Assembly (NCBI GenBank): GCA_963835065.1
Contig: CAWIEK010000044.1
Location: 416,001-480,000, forward strand
Length of the DNA: 64,000 nucleotides
From: an uncultured Chthonomonadaceae bacterium
Lineage (GTDB): Bacteria; Armatimonadota; Chthonomonadetes; Chthonomonadales; Chthonomonadaceae
Reading direction: 5' to 3'
A program made the position numbers and the translations under genes. Of the stretch, positions 18,516-27,558 are shown in pieces (the stretch's first letter is position 1; every line of letters begins with the position of its first letter). The notes under the pieces were generated by a model. The model searched no databases, was not told where the DNA came from, and was given only the letters and a program-made list of their open reading frames with translations.

Positions 18516-20381
18516 ATGACGAACTCAGACGCATCCTTATCAAATCCTGAACCAAATTCTGACGCATCAAACGCTGCTCCATCAAATTCTGCTGCGTTAC
18601 CAACAACGCCGGCCTCTCTGGAAAAAGACGCCAAAGGCAAAGTGTCGCTATCCGCCATTCGCCGCTTGCTCGCTTTGGCCGCGCCGTATCGCCGCGTCCT
18701 GATTATCGCGGGCATTCTGATGTTGCTGTCTACCGCCGTGTCCCTGTCGCTGCCACTGGTCACGCGCTATGCCATTGACCAGTTTACCCACACGCGCCGC
18801 GCCCATCTGCTGGATCAACTCGGCATGGGATTGGTGGGACTGGTCATACTCGGCTCGCTGTTCAGCTACGGACAATTTCTGCTTATGGCGTATGCGGGTA
18901 ACCGCATTGTCATGGAAATGCGGCGTAAGCTGTTCGCGCATTTGCAGCGCCTGCCCGTCGCTTTTTTCGACCGGACGCGCTCCGGCGACCTGACCTCGCA
19001 CCTGTCCAACGATGTCAGCCAACTGCAAATGACCCTGACAAGCGATCTGGTGCAGCTTGCGGGCAACCTGATTACGCTTGTCTGCGGCATAGCGCTTGCC
19101 ATTATTATTGACTGGCGCCTGACGGCTGTTGTTGTGCTGCTTCTCCTGCTCGTGATGAGTTTTTTCATTGTCAACGGCAAGCGGCTGCGTAACTTGAACC
19201 GGGCCAGCCTGGACGCGCTTTCCGAAGCAATGGGAAATATGAGTGAGGCGTTCGCCAACATCCGCCTGGTGAAAGCCTTTGCCCGCGAACCGCACGAGGA
19301 TCAGCGGACGGGAGAGAAACTGGCGCGCATGTTCGACCTGAGCATGAAAGCCAGCCGCCTGGAAAGCGCGTTCGGTATCGTGGCTTTCAGTGGCTTTACC
19401 CTTGTGCTGCTCGGCGTGGTTTGGTACGGGGGGCATAGTGTGCTGAATGGAACGCTTTCGCCCGGTTCGCTGGTGGCGTTTTTGCTGACGATAACCATTA
19501 TCAGCGGGCCGATGGGCGCGCTGGCGATGCAGTACGCCCGTTTGCAGCGCGCGATTGGCGCGGCGGATCGCCTGTTCGCCCTTCTGGATGACGCGCCGGA
19601 ACCACCCGACCTGCCGGACGCGCAGGACTTTCCCGATGGCGCGGCGCATGTCGTTTTCGACGGCATAGATTTCGCGTACACGCCCGATACACCCGTCCTC
19701 AACCAACTGACCTTAGACGTGCCCCCGGGCAAAGTGACGGCGCTCGTGGGGCCAAGCGGATCGGGCAAAACCACGCTGGCCGCCCTCCTGTACCGCTTTT
19801 ATGAAACGCAGGCGGGAACCATTACTATTGACGGCATCCCCGTAACCCGCATCAAGCGCGACCAACTGCGCGAAAACATCGGGCTTGTGCCCCAGGACCC
19901 CGTGCTGTTCAACGGCAGCCTGCGCGACAACATCCGCTACGGCAAGCTGACGGCAACCGATGCGGAAGTGGAGGCCGCCGCCCGCGCCGCCAATGTAGCG
20001 GAGTTCGTCAGCCAGTTTCCGCAGGGCTATGACATTATGATCGGCGAACGGGGCGTTACGCTGTCGGGCGGGCAGCGGCAGCGCGTGGCGATTGCCCGCG
20101 CCGTGCTGAAAAACCCGCGCCTGCTGATTCTGGACGAAGCGACAAGCGCCCTGGACACCCGCAGCGAAACGCTGGTGCGCGAAGCCCTGGAGCGCCTGAT
20201 GCAGGGCCGCACCACGCTGGTTATCGCGCACCGCCTGACGACCATTCGTGACGCCGACCAGATCGCCGTGCTGGAACAGGGAAGCATCGTGGAAATCGGC
20301 ACACACGAGCAATTGATGACGCAGGAAGGGCGCTACGCCGATTTGCAGGGACAACATCTTGTAGACAGCGTACAACGTTGA
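18516..20381 (+). CDS. ABC exporter, fused permease and ATPase (MsbA-like)
   Basis: Transmembrane domain plus GPSGSGKT, LSGGQRQR, ILDEATSALD and IAHRL. Confidence 0.95.
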   Translation: MTNSDASLSNPEPNSDASNAAPSNSAALPTTPASLEKDAKGKVSLSAIRRLLALAAPYRRVLIIAGILMLLSTAVSLSLPLVTRYAIDQFTHTRRAHLLDQLGMGLVGLVILGSLFSYGQFLLMAYAGNRIVMEMRRKLFAHLQRLPVAFFDRTRSGDLTSHLSNDVSQLQMTLTSDLVQLAGNLITLVCGIALAIIIDWRLTAVVVLLLLLVMSFFIVNGKRLRNLNRASLDALSEAMGNMSEAFANIRLVKAFAREPHEDQRTGEKLARMFDLSMKASRLESAFGIVAFSGFTLVLLGVVWYGGHSVLNGTLSPGSLVAFLLTITIISGPMGALAMQYARLQRAIGAADRLFALLDDAPEPPDLPDAQDFPDGAAHVVFDGIDFAYTPDTPVLNQLTLDVPPGKVTALVGPSGSGKTTLAALLYRFYETQAGTITIDGIPVTRIKRDQLRENIGLVPQDPVLFNGSLRDNIRYGKLTATDAEVEAAARAANVAEFVSQFPQGYDIMIGERGVTLSGGQRQRVAIARAVLKNPRLLILDEATSALDTRSETLVREALERLMQGRTTLVIAHRLTTIRDADQIAVLEQGSIVEIGTHEQLMTQEGRYADLQGQHLVDSVQR

Positions 20382-20536
20382 ACTTATAGCAGGCGTTGTA
20401 TGTTGAAAGGAACAGATTAGAGCAAAAACGTGGATTAACCCTGGCAGAAGGTGTACTGATGTTTTAATGCAGCATAGCAGTGTTTGCAGCGACCAGGAAC
20501 GACGAACGGAACGAAAAGGAGAGGCTTGTTTTCAAC

Positions 20537-21085
20537 ATGAACCGTACATGCCCGGATTGCCGCTACCCGATGGTAACGGAGCGACACCACGACCTTGATC
20601 TTGATATGTGCCGTAACTGCGCGGGAATTTGGTTTGACGCCGAAGAACTGCGCCGCCTGATGACCGCCGATGCCGCCGGACTGTCCGCATTAGAAGCGCA
20701 GCTTGCTCCCCGCGTGACACAGCAGAAAATAAAGCCCGGCGTTATCACTTGCCCCTGCTGCAACAGCCTGCTGCACGTCTACCATTTTCAGTACGATTCG
20801 CCCGTTGAACTCCATGCCTGCGACAATTGCGGCGGCTGCTGGGTTCAGGAAGGCGAACTGGAAAAGATGCAGCAATGGCGTGAGCAATGCGCAAGCGAGG
20901 GCGCGCGCTCCGGCGCGAAGGGAGACGGTCACCAGGATATAAAAAAAGCGCCTGAACTGCCTCTCGCTCACGCCGGTACGCATCAAGACCGCGCGGCCAA
21001 TCGCCTGGAAAGCATACGCCACATCTGCGGCGTACTGCGCCAGCACAAACCGATCTGGCTGATGCGCGGCATTAAGGAAAAGTAG
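20537..21085 (+). CDS. Double zinc-ribbon (zf-TFIIB-like) protein
   Basis: CPDC..CRNC-GIWFD.EL and CPCC..CDNCGG.W..GEL repeats. Confidence 0.8.
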   Translation: MNRTCPDCRYPMVTERHHDLDLDMCRNCAGIWFDAEELRRLMTADAAGLSALEAQLAPRVTQQKIKPGVITCPCCNSLLHVYHFQYDSPVELHACDNCGGCWVQEGELEKMQQWREQCASEGARSGAKGDGHQDIKKAPELPLAHAGTHQDRAANRLESIRHICGVLRQHKPIWLMRGIKEK

Positions 21086-21147
21086 GGCATTTTCGTCATT
21101 CGGAACCCCGTGCCCCGGCAGTGGGGCGCAGAAGGATATAGTAGACG

Positions 21148-22587
21148 ATGGATTCCACCAAAGGGAAAATTACCCAACCGCAACCCGACGGGAACAATCC
21201 AACCCCGTCCGGCGCAGAGGCTTCTGCGCCGGACAAAATGCTGTATCAGGAAGCCCTGCGCCCGCAGTTTCATTTTAGCGCGCGGCAGAACTGGCTCAAT
21301 GACCCCAATGGCCTCGTCTTCTACAAAGGCGAGTACCACCTGTTTTTTCAGCACAACCCGCATGGCAACGAGTGGGGCAACATGACGTGGGGGCATGCCG
21401 TCAGCCGCGACCTGCTCCACTGGAAGCAACTGAACCCCGCCCTGGAACCCGACGAAATGGGAACCATGTTTTCCGGCTCCGCAATCGTGGACCACAACAA
21501 CGCGACGGGCTTCGGAACCGGCAAAGAAAAGGCTATTGTCGCCATTTACACCGCAGCCGGAGGCACATCGCCCGCCTCGCAGGGACAGCCGTTCACCCAA
21601 TGCCTGGCCTATAGCGCAAACCGGGGCCGTACCTGGCACAAATACGCCCGCAACCCCATCCTGAAACACATCGCGGACGGCAACCGCGACCCCAAAGTGA
21701 TTTGGCATGAGCCAACGCAAGCCTGGATTATGGCGCTGTATCTGGATAAAAACGATTTCGCCCTGTTCGCGTCCCCCGATCTGAAAAACTGGTCCCACCT
21801 GCACAACCTCACCCTGCCCGGCTGTGAGGAATGTCCCGACTTTTTTCCATTGCAAGTGGAAGGCAGCACTATGGGAACGCAGTGGGTGTTTATGGCCGCG
21901 AATGGACACTATCTTGTCGGCAGTTTTGACGGCAGGAAGTTTACGCCACACGGCCCCGCGCAGCCCTCGGATTACGGCGCGAATTTCTACGCGCCGCAAA
22001 CCTACAGCGACATTCCCGGCGTGGACGGCAGGCGTTTGCAAATCGCGTGGATGCGCGGCGGCAAATACCCCGAAATGCCCTTCAATCAGCAGATGAGCTT
22101 TCCCTGTGTGTTGACGCTGCGGCAGACGGCGCAGGGCTTACGCCTGTATCGCTGCCCCGCCGCCGAAATCAGCAAACTGGTCGTCAAGCAACAGCGCTGG
22201 CAAAACCTGTCACTGAAGCCCACGCAAAACCCGTTATCGGGTCAGCAGGGCGAGTTGTGGGACATGGACGTGGAGTTTGAACTGGAAAACGGAAGCGAAT
22301 TCGGCGTAACAACAAGGGGCGCAACCATCCGTTACAACGTCGCCGCCCAAACCCTGACCTGCCTCGAAAGCAGCATCACCTTAGAACCCGTCAACAACCG
22401 AATCCAACTGCGCCTCCTCGTAGACCGCAGTTCCTTAGAAGTATTCGCCAACGACGGCAGCGTGTCCCTCACCAACACCTTTCATCCCGCGCCCAACGCG
22501 CCGGATTTAACCCTGTTCGTCACCGGCGGCACAGTGAAAGTGGTCATGCTGCGGGTGCGCGCGCTGGCGTCGGCGATGGGAAGGTAG
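21148..22587 (+). CDS. GH32 beta-fructosidase/levanase
   Basis: Catalytic motifs WLNDPNG, WGHAVS, FSGS, RDPKV and ECPD. Confidence 0.93.
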   Translation: MDSTKGKITQPQPDGNNPTPSGAEASAPDKMLYQEALRPQFHFSARQNWLNDPNGLVFYKGEYHLFFQHNPHGNEWGNMTWGHAVSRDLLHWKQLNPALEPDEMGTMFSGSAIVDHNNATGFGTGKEKAIVAIYTAAGGTSPASQGQPFTQCLAYSANRGRTWHKYARNPILKHIADGNRDPKVIWHEPTQAWIMALYLDKNDFALFASPDLKNWSHLHNLTLPGCEECPDFFPLQVEGSTMGTQWVFMAANGHYLVGSFDGRKFTPHGPAQPSDYGANFYAPQTYSDIPGVDGRRLQIAWMRGGKYPEMPFNQQMSFPCVLTLRQTAQGLRLYRCPAAEISKLVVKQQRWQNLSLKPTQNPLSGQQGELWDMDVEFELENGSEFGVTTRGATIRYNVAAQTLTCLESSITLEPVNNRIQLRLLVDRSSLEVFANDGSVSLTNTFHPAPNAPDLTLFVTGGTVKVVMLRVRALASAMGR

Positions 22588-22697
22588 ACAGTAGACGGTA
22601 GACAGTAGAAATGCCGGGCGTCCCATAGCTTTGTACTTCTATAACAGGCTGCAAGGCAGGTTTCTACCGTCTACCGTCTACTGTCTACTGTCTGCCT
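22584..22697. repeat. Inverted pair of GTAGACA/TGTCTAC heptamer arrays between convergent genes
   Basis: The left arm begins at the GH32 TAG stop. The right arm spans 22663-22697. Confidence 0.92.
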
Positions 22698-22699
22698 CC

Positions 22700-23467
22700 T
22701 CAATACTTCGTCACCTGCTGCACCAAGCCGCCGTCAATGTAATACGTGCTGCCCGTGACGTAATCGGCTTCGTCGCTTGCCAGGAACAGGGCGACGCCGG
22801 CCACATCTTCGGGCGTGCCCCAGCGTCCCCAGGGCACTTCGCTGAGGGCGTTTTTGTTGGCTTCGGGGTCGTCCAGCACTTTCTGGTTGATGGGTGTGGC
22901 AATCGCGCCGGGGGCGATGTTGTTGACGTTGATTTTGTAGGGCGCGAACTCCAGGCACAGGTTGCGCATCAGCATCTTGACCGCGCCTTTGGACGCGCAG
23001 TAGGACGTGTAGCCCTGAAACGGAATGTCCTCGTGGGTGGACGAGATGTTGACGATCTTGCCGCCCGGTCCCTGCTTCACCATCTGCTTGGCCGCAATCT
23101 GCGTACACAGGTACGTGCCGAACAGGTTGACGTTTATCACCCGGTTCCACTCGTCGTCCGTGCCTTCCAAAAACGGCTTGTTGATTTCGATGCCCGCGTT
23201 GTTGATTAGTATGTCGAGCCGTCCGAATTTGGCAACGGTGTCGTCTACCATCTTCTGCACGTCGTCGCGCTTGCTCACATCGCCGCCAACCGCAATGCCT
23301 TCGGTGGCAAACGCAGCGACTTCCGCCTGCGCGTCCGCATCCCGTGTGCCGCCCGGCAGATAATTGACGGCGACATGCGCCCCCTCCTGCGCAAACCGAA
23401 TGGCAATCCCCTTGCCGATGCCGCTGTTCGCGCCCGTAATCAACGCTACCTTGTTTTGTAATCGCAT
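22700..23467 (-). CDS. SDR oxidoreductase (glucose 1-dehydrogenase-like)
   Basis: Motifs TGANSGIG, NNAG, YCASK and PGAIATPIN. Confidence 0.92.
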   Translation of the reverse strand: MRLQNKVALITGANSGIGKGIAIRFAQEGAHVAVNYLPGGTRDADAQAEVAAFATEGIAVGGDVSKRDDVQKMVDDTVAKFGRLDILINNAGIEINKPFLEGTDDEWNRVINVNLFGTYLCTQIAAKQMVKQGPGGKIVNISSTHEDIPFQGYTSYCASKGAVKMLMRNLCLEFAPYKINVNNIAPGAIATPINQKVLDDPEANKNALSEVPWGRWGTPEDVAGVALFLASDEADYVTGSTYYIDGGLVQQVTKY

Positions 23468-23643
23468 AGCCTGCTATCCCCGCCTTTCCCAACTGCAAAA
23501 ATGTCTGTTACTCCTTCCGTTCCTACGCAGGATGTGAATACAGGTTCCGCAACAAGCGAACATTCTTATTTTGTCTATTTTGGTTTTCACGCGCCGAAGT
23601 TGAGAAACCATCCAGCCAATGCGCGCGTCTGACAGGCAAGGCC

Positions 23644-23680
23644 GGTGTTCGGTATTCAGGTGTTCAGGTGTTCAGGTGTT
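23644..23680 (+). repeat. GGTGTTC/GGTATTC-type short-period array (single arm)
   Basis: Same family occurs at 24178-24208, 45335-45391 (complement) and 55779-55826. Confidence 0.85.
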
Positions 23681-23706
23681 GGGACATTTCGCAGGGAAGG
23701 TTAAGG

Positions 23707-24066
23707 GTGGCAACAATCAAACGCAGCATAAATATAGCGTTCGGAGGCATAGGGCTTACATTGATGGTGGGGTTGGCGGGGTGCAACAGCCAGGACGCGC
23801 ATACCATCGCGCAGGACGCGGGCAAAATCGCCAAAGATGTCGGCGAAGCATCCGGCAACGCGCAGCTTGCTGGGCGCGTGAACACCACGCTGGTTCAGCG
23901 CAAGGGCGTCCATTTTCAAGGCTTGCATGTGGAAGCCAAAGACGGTGTTGTCACCATCAGCGGGCATGTCAACGACGCCAATGAAAAGCGGATTGTCAGG
24001 GAAACGGCGGAAGGCATACGCGGCGTGGATAAAGTGGATGTCAGCAAATTAAACACAGAAAAATAA
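23707..24066 (+). CDS. BON-domain lipoprotein
   Basis: Lipobox LAGC, with V.AKDGVVTISG.V and A.GIRGV.KV. Confidence 0.85.
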   Translation: MATIKRSINIAFGGIGLTLMVGLAGCNSQDAHTIAQDAGKIAKDVGEASGNAQLAGRVNTTLVQRKGVHFQGLHVEAKDGVVTISGHVNDANEKRIVRETAEGIRGVDKVDVSKLNTEK

Positions 24067-24238
24067 TTGTGTGAACCTTTTGCCGGCCCGCCGCAACCAA
24101 CAAGATGAGCATATACCAGATATTTTGTTTTTCTTTCACGGGAAGACGCAAATCGCGTCTTCCCTTCTTTTTTAGTGGTCGGTATTTGGTATTCGGTGTT
24201 CGGTATTAGGGTCCTGTCTTCTTCTCTCCTCTTCTTCC

Positions 24239-24610
24239 CTACCCCGGCGGCCACTGCATGAAGCGCCCGCCCAGAATATGCCAGTGGACGTGATGCACAG
24301 TCTGCCCGCCATTGTCGCGGGTGTTCAGCACCGTGCGGAAGCCTTCGTCCGCCATGCCGAGGATAGTGGCCGTTTGCTGCACGGCAAGCAGGGCGCGGCC
24401 TAAAAGCCCCTCATCGCGCATCTCCATAAGCGTTGGGTAGTGCGCTTTCGGTATCAGCAGGACGTGAACGGGAGCCTGCGGGTGCATGTCCCGAAAGGCA
24501 ACGAATTCTTCGTTTTCAAAAACCGGCGTGACGGGAATCTGGCCTCCTGCGATTTTGCAGAAGATACAGTTGCTGTCCGTCACTTCGATGGCCGCGTCTG
24601 TACTGGTCAT
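24239..24610 (-). CDS. HIT-family nucleotide-binding protein
   Basis: Motifs CIFCKI, QAPVHVLLIPK and GQTVHHVHWHILGGR. Confidence 0.95.
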   Translation of the reverse strand: MTSTDAAIEVTDSNCIFCKIAGGQIPVTPVFENEEFVAFRDMHPQAPVHVLLIPKAHYPTLMEMRDEGLLGRALLAVQQTATILGMADEGFRTVLNTRDNGGQTVHHVHWHILGGRFMQWPPG

Positions 24611-24743
24611 AACAAATCCATCCTATTCTCGCCCGTTCCGACATCAACAATTCAGATTACCCTTCCTCCCAAAGCAAGAGCCTACAAGCGTATTGAAGAA
24701 TGTTACGCAATACGTCTGTTCTCTCGCCCTATCCTCACCTGTT

Positions 24744-25223
24744 TTAGCTTGACGCCAGCGCTTTGACGAACTCATGCAGCGCTTCGCGTTCCTCGGGTTC
24801 CAGTGGCTTGGAGTGGGCGCGAGTCGCAAAGGTGTAAGCGGCGGCAGCAACCTCGTGGTCGAGGACTTGCGCGTGACCGGCAATCTGCATCAGGCGGCCC
24901 GGAGAAACGTTAAGCGCCCCCGCAAGCCTGAAAACAAGGCGGGGTTCCGGTGTTTTCTTTCCCTCCTCAATGAGGAACAGTTCCATTGCATTGCTGTCGA
25001 TCTCTCCCGCCAATTGTTCGAGGCTGAGCGAGCGTTCCCGTCGCGCCATATTCAAGAACAAACCAAGAACGGACGAGAACGCCGAGGCTGTTTGCTGACT
25101 TATGGCGCGTTGCTGCTCGACACGCCGATAAAACGCTTCTGTATCCACTACCCCGGCTGTCACACTGACACCTTCTTCCAGAGTTGCCATCTGTCGGATA
25201 GCTTCTTCATTGATAGTCTTCAT
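24744..25223 (-). CDS. XRE-type HTH protein (candidate antitoxin)
   Basis: ARRERSLSLEQLA...IEEG...P..LA.ALNV fits an XRE HTH. Confidence 0.75.
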   Translation of the reverse strand: MKTINEEAIRQMATLEEGVSVTAGVVDTEAFYRRVEQQRAISQQTASAFSSVLGLFLNMARRERSLSLEQLAGEIDSNAMELFLIEEGKKTPEPRLVFRLAGALNVSPGRLMQIAGHAQVLDHEVAAAAYTFATRAHSKPLEPEEREALHEFVKALASS

Positions 25224-25237
25224 TACGGGGTTCTCCT

Positions 25238-25848
25238 CTACAGTGGAATGCTTTCCAGAAAGGCTTGTGCTGCGTCTTTCGTAAACTCGAAGTACCGAAG
25301 CCCTTGATGGTCCGGGGCGGGATCGGCTCCCAAATCAATCATACCACAGCGATGATAAAACGGTTCTGCTTGCGGAAGTGAGTGCAGGCCAACACGTCCC
25401 TCATAGCCCACGGAGAGGCTGTAAGTCACTGCTTCTCGTATAAGAACGCTTCCACATCCCCGATACATCGGCGTGGGCACGATGTCTCGGTCATTCCACG
25501 GCGCAACGGATAAGAAAGGAATATACACGAGAGACGTCCCAATCTGCTCAGGATGCATGGATCGCGCAAAGGTGTCCTCGCGCAACGCCAGCGCTTGCAT
25601 TTCGCCTGCGACCGTGATGCCGCAGAAAACATACGAAGCCATCCCTCTAACCGCTTGGGCTTTCCGATTCCAATCCCAATGGGTGTGTTGTGGACGGGTA
25701 ATACCTGCCCGAATTTGTTGATTCAGGTACGGAGACCAGAGACCAACCGCCCCATCAATCTCGTCAATCGTCACGCCAACAATCAACTTTGCGCAACAAT
25801 GGCAGCATCCAGCGGCTTAACCAAATTAATATCTGTTTCTGTTCTCAT
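25238..25848 (-). CDS. GNAT-fold acetyltransferase (candidate toxin; probable indel near 25795)
   Basis: Motifs HWDW, YRGCGSVL, GRVGLHSLPQAEPFY and YFE. An upstream ATG at 25848 is out of frame by one base. Confidence 0.7.
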
Positions 25849-25981
25849 AGGACAAGCCATGCCGCCTTCTTGTCAACTTCATCTTCCACGAAACGTTTTT
25901 CTCCGCGCCTGCCTCCATTATAACTCAAATACGCGGAACTACCATGCCTTACGACAGTTACAAGGCGCAGGCGGTAAATTC

Positions 25982-26530
25982 TTAAACCGTGCAGGTACAA
26001 CCGCACAGCAGGTTTATTTCGACAGGCGAGGCGTATTCCGTCCGCTCCGTGCCGCGCACATGCGTAACCTGATTGGTATAAGGATTGAAGACAATAATGT
26101 CCTTCACGTTTTGGGACACGTAAAACGGGATGCTGAGAAGCATATCTTTGGCCTCGTAGCCCTTGCTGATAATTTCGATGACGGCTTCGGGCAGCAGAGT
26201 CACCGCGCTTTCCTGCTCATCCGGCTCACGGCAGAAGATGCTGATGTCAGGACGTTTCTGCGATCCGTCAGGAAAGCGCACATCCACATCGGCGTAGTGG
26301 TGACAGGCGCAGCCACTACCGGTATTGCCTGTTCCCGGTACGCGACGAATGGTGCTGCGGATGATGTCTATCGTCTTCTGGTGCTTGAGAACGGGAAGGG
26401 CTTCCCAAACAGGGATGCCGCCTACCATTTCCAGTTTAATGCCTATTTCTTCCGCCGCATATTGCAACTCTTCACTGATTTCCATATCCTTTATCCTTTT
26501 TATGGTCAGCGCTGCAAGGCCGGTCCTCAT
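25982..26530 (-). CDS. Uma2/DUF820-family endonuclease
   Basis: Motifs E..GG, HQ, RPDISIF, PEAVIEIIS and KD. Confidence 0.85.
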   Translation of the reverse strand: MRTGLAALTIKRIKDMEISEELQYAAEEIGIKLEMVGGIPVWEALPVLKHQKTIDIIRSTIRRVPGTGNTGSGCACHHYADVDVRFPDGSQKRPDISIFCREPDEQESAVTLLPEAVIEIISKGYEAKDMLLSIPFYVSQNVKDIIVFNPYTNQVTHVRGTERTEYASPVEINLLCGCTCTV

Positions 26531-26799
26531 CGGGTGACACGCTCCATCAAAGCGCCCAATGTTTCCGCCACATTATAGCCAATGCGAATACCATAAAGCG
26601 CCGCGTCCGGGCGTTTGGCGTGAAGATGCCGGGAGGCTTCCAAGCCCAACTCGTCAATCTCGTAATCACCTGTTTCCACATCAATAATTACCATCTTGCC
26701 GATGTTCTCTTCTGTTTCTACCTTGTCGCGGATGCTTTGCGCATACATCGCTTCTCCCAATCGTCCAACCGCATCGCTGCTCATTTGTGAACGATCCAT
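26527..26799 (-). CDS. Small conserved hypothetical protein (DUF5678-like)
   Basis: GKMVIIDVETGDYEID and RIG motifs. Confidence 0.7.
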   Translation of the reverse strand: MDRSQMSSDAVGRLGEAMYAQSIRDKVETEENIGKMVIIDVETGDYEIDELGLEASRHLHAKRPDAALYGIRIGYNVAETLGALMERVTR

Positions 26800-26853
26800 C
26801 AGAATATCCTTTCTACCAATCAAGGAAATGTGTACTTCTGTTACATTTTGGGT

Positions 26854-27456
26854 TCAAGGAACCAAGCGGGCGCACTCGGCGCAGACATAATCCAGCAGGC
26901 CGAGCAGACGTGGTAGGTCGGTCAGGGCGTACTGGTCGGTTTCGTACACGTCGCCGCCCCGTTCCCATTTATAGAATAGCCAGCCCTGCCCGTTGCTCAC
27001 GATGCCGTATACATCTACGTCGTGGCCTTCCTGTCGGTTGTTCCACGCGCAGGCGTACATTTCAGCCAGGCATTGCGCCTGTCCGCGCTCGAAGTCGTCG
27101 CGTTTGGCTTCGACAGCGCACAGGAGGGGCGTTTCCAGATAGGCGCGAAAGGGCGCAATCAGGTAGTCGGCTATGCCCGTTAAGGTATCCGTTTCCAGAG
27201 CCGCCGCTTTCCACACTTTCAAATTCGGATGGTTCGGCACCACTTCGGCAAACAGGGCGTCAATCAGCAGCGTTTTAGCCTGTTCCGTTGATCGCAGATC
27301 GAACGAATTCAGACGACTCAAATGCGTCAGCAAAGCCTCACTTGGCGGACGCGCAGGGGCGTTCGGCTGCCACAGCGTTAATGTCTGCCTGCCAAGCATC
27401 TGCATGACATCTTTGAGTTTGATAACCGAGTATTTGTGTTTGGTTGATTTTCTCAT
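26854..27456 (-). CDS. PD-(D/E)xK-fold hypothetical protein
   Basis: Motifs G.ADY, VEAK, G.AQC.AEM.A and YGIVSNG..W.F. Confidence 0.75.
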   Translation of the reverse strand: MRKSTKHKYSVIKLKDVMQMLGRQTLTLWQPNAPARPPSEALLTHLSRLNSFDLRSTEQAKTLLIDALFAEVVPNHPNLKVWKAAALETDTLTGIADYLIAPFRAYLETPLLCAVEAKRDDFERGQAQCLAEMYACAWNNRQEGHDVDVYGIVSNGQGWLFYKWERGGDVYETDQYALTDLPRLLGLLDYVCAECARLVP

Positions 27457-27558
27457 GAGGAAAGCGCGTCTGCGTATACTTTCAGGGTTGTTTTTACTCC
27501 TGCCCTCATTATAACGCAAACGCGCTCGAACTACAATCGCTATGTACGATGGTGTACG

